A stretch of DNA of 64,000 bases, taken from the NCBI GenBank assembly GCA_017499595.2, contig CM039001.1, forward strand, positions 1,302,001 through 1,366,000. The letters are read 5' to 3'. This stretch comes from Psilocybe cubensis (lineage: Eukaryota). A program made the translations under genes and the position numbers. Below the pieces are notes generated by a model that had not been told where the DNA came from, ran no database searches, and saw only the letters and a list, made by a program, of their open reading frames with translations. Numbering within the stretch: position 1 is the stretch's first letter; each line of letters opens with the position of its first letter. Shown piece by piece: positions 52,596 through 64,000 of the stretch.

Positions 52596-55500
52596 TCAAA
52601 ATTTCATGTGACTCACTACCCCTTTAGCCAGCCCTGCGTTCACTTTGTGAATATCTTGTTTTAATTGCCCCTCCGCGCTCGACTTGGGTAGAAATTGGCT
52701 CGTGTGTGATCTTAGCACTTAGGTTCACCCATTGATTTGGCGGCTGAAGCGCTGAAGGCTTAATGCTTAATGACTTTACTTGAGGCGACTTTGAATATTT
52801 TCCAATTCTATCGCGTCTATCTGGCTATGCACCCATTATTCTGCCTGCACAAGTTTACGCTTTTATATGACATTGTTGTTGTAACCGGTCTCTGGGCGCT
52901 TATATATTCTGTCTTAAATAAATTGTCACTGAAAGCGCTGGAAGGGGCATTTATACGGGCAACGTCATTCTACACCGAGTTGGTTGGCGAACGACTTGTC
53001 GTTAACACTTCAGCGGGTCGAGGGAGGTTAATTATATTCTGGGCTGGCTGTGCTAGATGGTATCACCAAATGACGGGAGGTATTGTCGCTAAAGAGGACT
53101 TCCTTGAACATTACTGTACAGGACACCCGGCAATTCCAAACACTATTATTCAACAGGGTGTTTTATTTGGTTGAAGGCCCATATGCATGCGTGCGCCGGG
53201 GGGTCTTTTACCTTGACGCCTTTTGCTCCTCACAGTGCTTTGCTCACATCTGAAGAGGGCACTCAGCTGGTCCAGGTCTGTGAAATTATCAATGTGTTCT
53301 CATGTTTTCAAAACCACAACCACAACTATTTCAAGGCTTTCAACTTCACCTGTAATGTCGGTATTTTGTTGCTTTGTAATGCTTAAGGCGGAGGGCAAGT
53401 GGGCGCATCAAAAGGATTAGCCGGATTAACCTACAAATGCAGGATCGTATAGGTATCCTATACACTCGCGGGATCGATTCTCCATTTGCTAAAGGGTTTT
53501 TTGATCCCGAAGAGCAGGGCTAACGGTGTAAGCGCGTGTATTTCTATCGCTTAATTGTAACGTAGAGTTGCCAAACAATTATTTTGAACTTTGCAGGGTC
53601 GGATTAGAAGCTGAACGTTCTAATCCTTGGAGTAGTCTAATGTCTGGAATATTCCGGTTGTGTACTCACCAGTCACTCCAAAGTATAAACCCGCAGTTGT
53701 GTAGAGTAGGAAGCCCGAGCGAAATGCCCTTTTACGTAAGATGGGTACGCGACATTGGCTACGATTTTGGCGTCTGTTGAAACTTGGCGTCCATCTTGCC
53801 GACTGCTAATCCTCCCTCCTCTTCGGCCTCTTTGCGATGTAGCTGTGTTTTCGACCACGCGTAAGACATGCAAATATGTCCACTCAAAACACCGACATCT
53901 TATCCACACCATGTCATGTAACACCAACGGAACAAATCCCACTGAACGCCATGAATCAACGCATCATGGCGATTACAGTAAACCTGCGGACATATTTTTG
54001 CGCGTACCGATGGAACTGTTTGCGCCGTCTTTGTCAACGTGAAATTGGAGATGTATCCAACCTGTTCATTGATATTAACCTCGCGAAGGCGAGACCTTGC
54101 AAGTCGCGACTTGATTCCAAACAACGGTGATGATGTACATCCGCACTTTGCACAACTTCTGAGGAGCAACAGGATGTCATCATAGCGCAACGGTGATTCT
54201 AGTTTCATTTCTGTGTACAGGATATCCCCTCTTCTGCATCCGATATGAGTTCCATCTGGTGGCAGGCAATGACGCTAAAGCGAAAGCAGCCGACTCGCCA
54301 CATGAGTGCCCTGTATTTTTGGAAGGCGAGGTTCAAGTAGATGGAGGCGAGGTGGGAGTCTGTTCCTGCAATTGAATATGCTGAATCGGGAGGTCCATTG
54401 CGAGCTTCTACTGATTTTTTAAATTTATTTTTGTTGAATGTCCATGGTCATCTTCAGCTTGGACCGCTTGGTAGTGTGTGTATTCGGTAGTCGGCCATTC
54501 TATCTCCTTGGAGAGGTCCCACAGACCTAAAAATATAGGACTCAGGTCGGGCGACCCTGCTGCCCGCCCTGGTCAGAATAATCGTGATGCCCTTGTCGCA
54601 TAGGGCATATTTCCACATCCAGCAAGGGCCCCACATCGTCGTTCTGCGACGTTATGATCCTTCCCTTAAAAGCGATATATATATTTATGGATACTTAACT
54701 CGGAGTCGCCAGCAAGTGACACTATCCCCAATGTCGTGTTCTGAATGAATCTCTCTTTGCTGAGTCTGTCTGAGATGGGTGTTAAATCGTCTCTATTGCC
54801 CTTCATTTCCTAGGGTTTACCGACACAGTCGTTATTTTGTCTTATGTGGCGCCGTCATCATCGAACCCAGGTATGCCATTGGTATCTATTTGTCTTTTCA
54901 GATTGTCATTGACTGCACAATCGAAACACCAAGCTTAGCTGGCTTGGCTCCCAAATAAAGAGACATGGAGCAGTCTATGCAGCATGTACTGGAGCATTGT
55001 ATTAAATTCTCTGAACGAAAGCCAATCATTTGAACTCTGTTGGACCATGAGATTTCTTTTTGACTGGAAGGAGGTGAGTATAATCTACTTCAGCATTTTA
55101 CATACAAGCTCGCTTTAAAGGTTATAGGACCACTGGCAGTATGTCGTATCATGCGAACGCCAGTGGCCTCATTGCTGGGTGGCGAGCTCTGCAAGCTCTA
55201 TACATTTGGTTAAACTTGTGATGGTCTTGGATATGCTCACGGCCTTTACGGTGGCTTCCATCACCATGTCTCGCGTATGGGCTCTAACTATAACTTCTCT
55301 TGTCTTTTTTAACTTAGCTGAACGGTTATCACCGGGTCACCTGTGAAAGCGATGTGCGGTCTCCTTTTGCGGGTTGAAGGTGGAACGTCTGAAGTAATCT
55401 TATTACATTTCTCGCCACAACACTAATGGCGCTGGAATAGGCTTCCTAATCACCCGGGCAGGACGCAACCCCATGTACGTACTTGCTCTTGCTTGTCGAG

Positions 55501-56240
55501 TTCATTGTTTGAATGCAGGTGATAGGGAGAGAAAAACATGCCCAATTCTAACCTCGAAAGCCGACAATACGCCACACAGTGTGCAGAGCAGCATGAGATA
55601 TACGAGAGAACGATGCTTGAGAGCAGCATCTGACCGAGACGGGAGAGAGATAGCTTGCTGGACGGAACCCTGTGATATAAGACCATCTGGTCGTCCCGGC
55701 GGCATATCTTTCTTTCAACATCGTCGAGAGACAAGTGGGTATAAGTTAAAACCCCTGGGCTGAGGACTATTTTTAGATATGGATCCGAGCGATACTGGAG
55801 CCATGGCTGTCAGGAGACGGCAATAGAAGAAAATTTGCCAAAAGTGGTATGATTGGACAGTGGAGGAGATGGAGGAGGATATGAGAGTTGAAAGAGGCCA
55901 AGAAAGACCTATTATAAGCGCTCAGAGGGTGGATTGGTGGATCAGTGATTGGTATTTTAGACTTGGCAATAGATTGTAATAGTTGTAGATGGATGGTCGG
56001 GGGTGTGGGCCGCAGCAAGGCCGAGCTTCAAGTCAGGCGATATGGATAAGATTGGCGTCTCCTGTAAAAGTTCCATGGCTCCCTGTTTGATGGAGGTCTC
56101 ACGGACTATTGGAGATGAGAGCGTATAAAATGAATATTGATGAGAAGAAAACGATGGATTTGCATTGGCCAGCTTGATGACAAGATGTTTGACAACTTTG
56201 TATTGTAATACCCTCCTTGCTCTTAGCCATTACCATCCCC

Positions 56241-59110
56241 ATGTCCGACAACCTCCATCTCAGGCCCTCCGCCTCTCCCCCCATCGTCCGTCCAAAGCCA
56301 AGCAGGTCCACCACCATTGGCGTCGTCCGCGGAAGGACCTCACCCACCCCTGGCGTCGGCGAGCAGCCTGCAGATGGCAGGCCTCCCACAAAACGCGCTC
56401 GCAAGGCTATCAACTGCGAGCCCTGTCGGAATAGCAAGCTCAAATGCGACAGGTCCCTTTTTTCTGTCTGGTTATGACTCTGCAGCGTGCTCATTCGTCC
56501 TATTTCGCAGGAATCGTCCGTGCTCGTCGTGTGTCCTCAGAGGCATGTCATTTGCTCGCCTTGCGGCTCCCATGTTTATCGGTAGGGGGATCTAACATAA
56601 CCTTTTAGGCACGTCTGCAATGTGCTATCAAGATGCCAGAGCCCATGAAGGCAGCGATCCTCACACCCGCGGAGATGATCAACCGTTAGTCACCTGTCCT
56701 TTGATTGTATTCAGTCCACAGCTCAGCCTTGCCCTTTTAACTGCCACTAGTACATATACCCGCATCGATCCTGCCCAGGAGATCGCACGCCTGCGCCATT
56801 CCATCTCACTTCTTGAGGCCTACGTTTTCCCAAACCAGAGATCGAACGCCCCTCAGCGGAGACCGAGCGACGCACATGCATTGGTCGTGCCGAAGAAAGA
56901 GACAGTTGAGGCGGATGTTACAGAAAAAAGTGCCTCAGCAATTGGCATGCTGGGCAGTCAGGTCCAGGGTGGACTATATGCGGGACCAACAAGTGCCGCT
57001 ACCCATCTTATAATGGTAAACCTCATTTTTGTTTTGCTCTTGTGTGATGTAAAAGAATATTGTGTTTAGAACGAAGGTCGCGACTCCGAAGACTCGGATG
57101 CTCATAGTCGTCAACATAGTCAGGATCGTGTCAGCGATGATTTTGCTTCTGTCACTCAAGATTATGACCGCGACCTACTCTCTCTCCTACCTACTCTCGA
57201 GATTATCGACGGCCTACTCGATTACTATTTTGAATATTGCAACTGGATTTATCGGCACGTCAACCAGACCACCTTCACACACCAATGGGAGAAATACAAA
57301 AGTGGCGTCAAACCCGACCGTGTTGTGCTATCAACCGCTTGCGCATTGATGGCAATAGCGACACATTACTTACCAACTCAACATGCTCTACTTGACAAGT
57401 TCAACGAGACGCATGAAGAAATCGGAATCAAATTCTTTGAGGTTTCCACCACATCGCTGCAAAAACACACCTCAGAATCGAGGACATACACACTAGAGCT
57501 TGTGGAACTTTTGCTTGTACGTACTCATTTTCACAGTCTAGCGAAGACCGACAGCGAGGAAATCTGGCACGTTACGGGGGAATTGGTCACCATTGGCACC
57601 GCTATGGGTCTTCACCGCGACCCCGGAAAATGGAGAATGCATCGGGACGTCGCCGAACGCCGGCGGTGGGCGTGGTGGCATATCATCTTGCTAGAGCGGT
57701 CAGCGTTTTCTGCACCCTATTTCCGGTTGGATTCTGACTTGTTGATTGATTTCCATTCCGATTAGTTGGCAAGCCTTTTTGTTCGGAAGGCCTTTATCGA
57801 TCGCATCGCACCACTTCGATACTCAATTACCAACATATTGTGACCCCGCTCTCGACAAGACGGGACGTTTATACCTTCCGAATATTGCGTTGTTCCGCCT
57901 TGCTTTCATTCTTGGAGATATTATGGATGACGCTGTTTCCATTCGTCCGGTCTCTTATGATAGTGTGCAGGCTAACGATCGTGCTCTTACCCAGTGGATG
58001 GAGACCTTGCCGCCGGAGTTGGACATGGATGAATTCCGTGTAGCCCGAAGTCTAGCTTCTCCCAGTGTTGCCGTACGCAGATTAGGTGTTCAAAGCGTGA
58101 TTATTCGAACTTCGTACTATCATATCCGCTTCACCCTTCACCGTCCTTACGCAAGTGCCAGTACAAATCCTTCGAACAGTAGCAAAGTGCCCACCGTTGA
58201 TCCTGCCAAGTCGGCCCAAAGCTTAGAAATCGCTGTCAGTGCTGCGGACAAACTGATCACCATGGTTGGCCAGTCTCGTCCCGATTTTCTGGCAAATTCA
58301 TCACTGGCTGTACCAGGGCACATGAATTGGCAACCTTTCCACTGTTTCTCGGCCGCGATGTTTTTTTCGTTCCAACTCATAGCAAACCCTGATCAGCCAG
58401 GTGCTGGTCTTTTCAGGGCGAGTATCCGCAAAGCTATAACAACTTTAGAACAAGCTAGAGGTATTGTGGTTGCTGATAAAGCCCTCGACATCTTGAACGC
58501 GCTCTGTCCTTTATATTCACCGGATTTCCCGCTCGAGTCTGTAGAGAGCCGAGAGAAGAAGCGCGCGCACGTCCTCGGTACAGTGCGTAAGTTGGCTTTC
58601 CCGTACCACGATTCGCACGATCCCCGGCGGTTCGGTGATTCGCCTGGTGCAAGGGGCGCCATGAGTTCGCCCGCGAATTCCAGTTCGGTAAGCCCTCCGA
58701 TGCCAGTGATACCTGCCCTTCCGCAACACTCTTATGATCAACCTCATAATTCTGTTCCTTCTATCCGCAATGCTGCTACCACTCTATATCAAAATCATCC
58801 ACAGCAGTCACATCCTTTGCCGCAGGGACATGGAGGACAGAACATTCACTCTCCGCAGAATCAGCCGCAGATGGTCAGCCCACATTCACAAAACCTGACG
58901 CCTACACCAACATATCAGACGTACAATAACCCACCGAACAATATGTCTCATCAGTCACAACAGATGTATGATCCAAATCGATATTCATACGTTCAGGTTG
59001 AAGATGCCATGTGGGGTGCCGCTGTTGGCTTCGGGCATGCGGAGTGGTCTCAATTTTTGGACAGCACTCGGACAGAAGGGCAATCAAGTAGGCATCTACA
59101 GGGTTCATAG
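56241..59110 (+). CDS. Zn(II)2Cys6 transcription factor with fungal-specific TF middle domain
   Basis: NCEPCRNSKLKCDR|NRPCSSCVLRG...C, and GTAMGLHRDPGKW...ERRRWAWWHIILLERWQAFLFGRPLSI. Confidence 0.95.
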
Positions 59111-59462
59111 GGACAGTTTTTTGCATGTATCTGTTGCCAGTTTTTCTTCTTTTTATTTGTCATTGACATGCTTTCTTGTCATTTGGGTGAAGTTGTTATC
59201 ATCTCATTGCTGCTCCATATTATTTGTTTTTTTTTTGAACCACATGTATCAATCCACTCGTAGACGCCACTTATCGGTTCATCATATTTTCTTACAATAC
59301 CCAAACGAACCATGTAGCTGTAGACAGTATCAATATGTATACTCAATGATTTTCGAGGAGCAATGAATGGGAATGTGGGAGACTTCAATGAATTAGTTAC
59401 AACAGGCATTCCAGCAATGACAAAAAACGAAGACAGTAATAGTTTGACCGACAGATACAACG

Positions 59463-62400
59463 CTATGAGACGTTCTGGCTAAATTTTTGCATACGTTTTA
59501 TTCGATTATTGAGGGCCGTTTTCAACTGTGTCAAATGTTGAGGATGGGTAATCTGAGCATCAGCAGCAATAAGCACTTGGTCGATCAGTGCATATGGAAG
59601 CCAAGTAGAAGATGCATCTCTCGATGATTCTCTGGACACATGTTTATCCGACTTGAAAGAAACGCAAATAAGATACATGGATAATGACAAAGATACAAAA
59701 ACAAATTCACCTTCAAAACTAGGGCGTAAGTGAAGTTCACAGCGTCGGCAATGTTTTCATATTTAAGGCTGATTCGGATAAGGTACTCAGGCTGGTATTT
59801 CTATGTGGCATTTCAGAAGAATGCTAAACAAATAAGGTTGCTCCACCTACCTCCAAAGAGTCGATCAGCCATGGAGGTGATGCTGAGGATTTACCGACAC
59901 TCAGAATAGTCTCAAATGACGCCTTAGTATATCGATAGTCATTTTCATGACCATCGTGACGCTTGAGGGATTGTTGTAGATATCGCCATCCACGATCAGA
60001 TGGAGCTCCTTGCCAGGATGCCGCAATATCTGTCAAAAGCCATCCAGAAGTATCTTCTCGGCTTGGTTGAAAGGGAGCTTTAGTGATGTTCACAACAAAA
60101 CGCAAAGATGCCATACATTAGTGAACCGGGATTTGTAGTGAGGCGTATGCACTGATTTGTCAAGTGGATAAAAACATCTGTCATATCGACCTTCAGACTT
60201 CTGGCGGTGGCCATTGCTTGCGTATACTGGTTTGCCTGGGCAAGTCTCATCACAATCAAAGCTGGGGGTAAAAGGTATTCTAGAAAGAATAGTGAGATCA
60301 GTATGCCTTAGAGAAAAGGTTACTAATTTCTAACCCGGAGATGAAAGAATCGAAGGATCTCGTTTAATTATGTCAATTTGAGCACGAAGAAGAATATATT
60401 CGTATTCCATCTCGGCCAGAGATATGATCTCAGCGTCATATTTGCCTGTGACAAATTTAGATTCCGGTATATGTTTCGACACCTTCTGTCGTTTTCCAGT
60501 CTGATAAAACCTGTTAAGAGGGAAATGTTGATGAAGAACATGAGAGCATACGGGGTCTGGAATGGCTGGCATCAAAATCCAAGCTGATTTATCTTCCACA
60601 AGATTGAGAGCATTAATGGCCACCGATAGTGACTCCAATTGATCTTCGGCCAAAGCAATGAAAGATGTAGAATCGGAAATGACGTCTCGCAACTTTCTTG
60701 CACGCTGAAACATCGATAATGAAGCTAAGATAGGAACAGTTACGTCAAAAATATGTCTAAATGAAAAAACTATTCATATGAATAACACCAACCGTTGCGA
60801 TAATCCCCTCTGCGAATATGCCAGGTATATAGAATCCTAGAGTAACAAGGTTGGATGCGTGGATCGGTATTCCGAGCTTTGAAAGCCAGCGCTGCTTCGA
60901 CTTCACTGGCGATGCCGGAAAAATCGAAGGACATAAGTTTAGCTACTGCATTCCCTTCGCACATTCGAACGGCCAATTGGGTAGCTAATTCTCGTTTTCT
61001 GAACAAACCTTTGTGAGTAAACGCCCGATGGTGATAAGTAAGCAGACAGACTCATTTTCAAATGGGGTTGCCATAGCAGCAGCATAGGCATCATCGTACA
61101 GAGCTAGATCTGTCAAACCTTTCACAACAGTGTTCCAGAGGGATGTTGTATCTGCGCTAGGAGGTGCAACTCGAATAGCCAGCTGGGAAAAGTAGGCCTC
61201 GTGATATACGTAGCCATTTTTGAAGAGATCGGCAGCAAAAAGATAGAAAGAATACTGTGAGTCTATCAATTGTGAGTTGGGAAGCACAGCCGACAAGGCC
61301 TCTGCATCTTCCAATGTAATATTGTTGACACCTGTAGGTACGTAAGCATCCTGAAAAGAAATTGAGGGGGATTCGCCTACCAAAAGCTCCTGCTAGGCTT
61401 TCTAGCAACTGGGAGGCATCGTCAATTCTCCCTTGACTCAAAAATACCTGTGACTGAAGATAAGTGGCACCAGGGGTCCGTGGTAGCCAAGATAATAGCT
61501 CGGAAGTAACCCCACTGAACCCTAGTGTCCTCACTTTTTCGCAGAAAAGAATTTCATGCCTAGTAGCATGCGCAGGCGAAATAGATTGAAGGAGACCTGT
61601 GGAATCCAAAAAGTTGTGGGCTGCCGATGCGATACCATCGGGAGGGGGTGATTGAGAAAGCAGATACACCAAAGAGGATTTCGAAGCAACTTGAGTCTTG
61701 TTTTTCGAAACGTTCATGTTGCGCAACTGGGTTGCAACGTCATCTGGAGAGGTCACATCAACTTGACCACGGCTCATCTGGGTTTCAGCAGGTTGACTAC
61801 TGATATAGCGAAGAATAGCTAGCCCTCGAAATACGGCAAAGACTTCAGCTAGAAGAGATGCATCCCAACCAGATAATTCCTCGGAGCAAAAGAAAAGAAG
61901 AATGATGAGACATAGGCAAAGGTCATACCTGGCCTCAACCGTGATAGTCGTGAAAGCGGCTGACTGAGACCTCAACCACTGTGACGATGGAGGAGGGTGC
62001 AAGAGCTCAGTGTCTGTGTATTCCTTTTTAATGGCGAGATCGAGCCCTCCAATAGCATCAAGTGCATTACGAGTTGCCCGGTCGAGGTCTGCAACGCTTT
62101 GAAGTCGTCCAACGAACCAACTAGCGGCACCTTCTTCCAGATTCTCTACAAAAGCAATTCGACGGGCCTGATCTTGCAGAATCTCCGCAAAAGAAAAGGC
62201 AATTTCTTGATGCATTATATCCACCACTCGACTCTCCAAACTCGACAAAATCTGAGGGCCTAATTTTGAACGCAGCGCCCAGATAATCGCAAATAAGTCA
62301 TACTGCGCATGAGGAGGTTGGTCGCATTGAAGCATACGACATAGAGATATCGGAACATCTTCGACAACCAAGGAACCTACTCTTTCTCGTTCAACCACAA

Positions 62401-64000
62401 TCACACCTTGTGGGCCCTGAGCCGCGATGGCGAGCGGCCATCTGGCACTCCGCTCTATTTCACGACATCTAGCTACGAAACCCTCCCAGTCTCTCTTCAA
62501 GGCAGTCCAATAATTTGCATGTTGGAAACCACCTGTTTGGTGATCGCGATTCAAAGTAACAGTACAGCCGACAACAGCGGCAATGTTTTCGCATAGGCTT
62601 GAGTAAACAGCGCTGAGTTGCGGTGGTTGTGGTCCTGGGAGAGTTAAGCAAGCTTCGATGTATCGGTCTAGAGCTGTTCGCAGCGTAAGCGAAGAAAATA
62701 CACCTGGTTTCATAATTGCGGAGAGGAATTTCTCGGTTAAAGATCCAGGCAAAAGCAATTGTTCTTCCATATTCGTTGGAGTGAGTTCGGATTGCTGCAT
62801 ATATTCTGATGTTTTCCATATCGTAGGTGCGAGGTCGTGGGAGAGTAGTAGTTCGAAGTTTATTGTTGTTCTTTCTACAACCGATTGTCCTTGTCGATCC
62901 CAAAGGGCGTATAAATTATTTCCACTAACGGTGAAGTCCTGAAGATGACAATGTGCCGTGTTTCTGGGACATTCGATAATGCCCACCTCAACAAAGTGGT
63001 CAGTGGAAGTGTCAAGAAGGCAGAAGAATCCACCTGATGTCGAAGAAGGGGTAGGGATAAACACCAAGACATAGACATCGAGTCTGGTTTCATCTTCGGA
63101 AGCAACCGAAAAAACTTTGACAAGGTTTTGTCGTTCTGCATCGAGAAGAAGATACTTTGCACTAGCAGAAGCACTTGTAGAAGGTTCCTTCATATTGGGT
63201 GAAGCAGGGAGCATCTTTGAAGTAACGCAACCAAGCCTAGCTTTCCACATTCTAAGAGTACGATCTCGAGAAAGGGTCCAAATACTTCCGATATCTGTTG
63301 GCCATGGATGAGAAGACATAGATATGATGTCGGACGCGTTGGGGGAAGAGGAATGTATGGGAAGGAACGAAGTCAATGACGAAAGGAATGAGCCATGATG
63401 TGATACTGTTTCCGTCCATTCTTCATCTGAAGTATAAATATGTCAGTAAGCTCAAGCTCACGCCTGACTGTCAAGAGAAGGCATACCGTCATGTACGTCG
63501 TATCCCATAGTTTCCGCTTCAAGTCTGAGAAGAACGCCGCTAGGCAGACTGACAGCTACAGAATGCGTTCCGAGAGCATGTACAGAGCATTCTTGGGCAT
63601 GCTCAGTGGGTAGATTTTGAACGTAGTATTCCCTTGGCCATATATTGTCCGCTTGGTCGGTCCACAACTTGAGCCCGTCAATAGGAATGATAAGTCGAAA
63701 CAATGAACCTATTTCAGTAATCAAGATAATGTGAATTTCGGACTCCTCGAAAAGAAACAAAGAGGGTGTTGGAATGATAGCTGCTGGTAGCACAAATCGG
63801 AGTGGTGGAACTGGCGTTGACAAAGAGACGAGTTCCACAATCAATCCACCGTGTATAACACGCATAAGGATTGTTCCTGTCGCAGTGGTTGTAAGTACTG
63901 AGCTGCTTGTTGCATGTTCGAGAGGTAGGTCTGAGTCTGGGACCACTGCCAAAGGTGCATTTCGTCGCGTTGTTGGAACAATAACAGTCGATGCTGAGGT
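59463..64000 (-). CDS. Nucleoporin Nup160/Nup120 (5' end beyond the window)
   Basis: N-terminal beta-propeller-like exons (IWTLSRDRTLRMW), a long helical solenoid, YSRILYTWHIRRGDYRN, and C-terminal WLPYALIDQVL. Confidence 0.85.

Noticed and set aside
52600-56240. Short ORFs and small hairpins (e.g. CCACTGGC...GCCAGTGG at 55130-55166) in a 3.6-kb gap
   Set aside because: No coding signature, TIR/TSD pair or RNA-gene fold was seen. Most likely the long upstream region of the Zn2Cys6 gene.
61157-63952. Apparent frameshifts or split ORFs in Nup160 and other genes
   Set aside because: The breaks coincide with short canonical introns, so they do not indicate pseudogenisation or recoding.

Overview
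Intron-rich fungal genomic DNA, most likely an agaric basidiomycete (short GT-AG introns, basidiomycete-type gene families). The backbone is mostly housekeeping genes: assimilatory nitrite reductase, dUTPase, a GatF/GatC-like subunit, mitoribosomal mS34, two tandem M43 metalloproteases, an ACBP-domain protein, class III alcohol/formaldehyde dehydrogenase, Vfa1-like, an RGG/prion-like protein, FMC1, an RRM protein, an eIF4A-like pseudo-helicase, Elp2, an AcpS-type PPTase, a Zn2Cys6 factor and a partial Nup160/Nup120. The main discovery is a nested transposon between the two M43 paralogs whose ends can be placed to the base. A hAT element spans 8695-24894 (25-bp imperfect TIRs, 8-bp TSD TTCCAAGT). 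Inside it is a 12,282-bp Kyakuja-Dileera-Zisupton (KDZ) element at 12383-24664 with a 7-bp TSD (GTCTAGC), very degenerate termini and large inverted subterminal TTATCCAT/ATGGATAA arrays. It carries a CxC2-KDZ transposase and four cargo genes. The KDZ element landed in codons 1-3 of the hAT transposase, and removing it restores ATG-CTA-GAC-CAT-AAC (MLDHN...). Other points of interest are a candidate gasdermin-like gene (39425-41975) and a catalytically degenerate DEAD-box protein. Gene boundaries and exon joins were read by eye, and family calls rest on motif recognition, not database searches.
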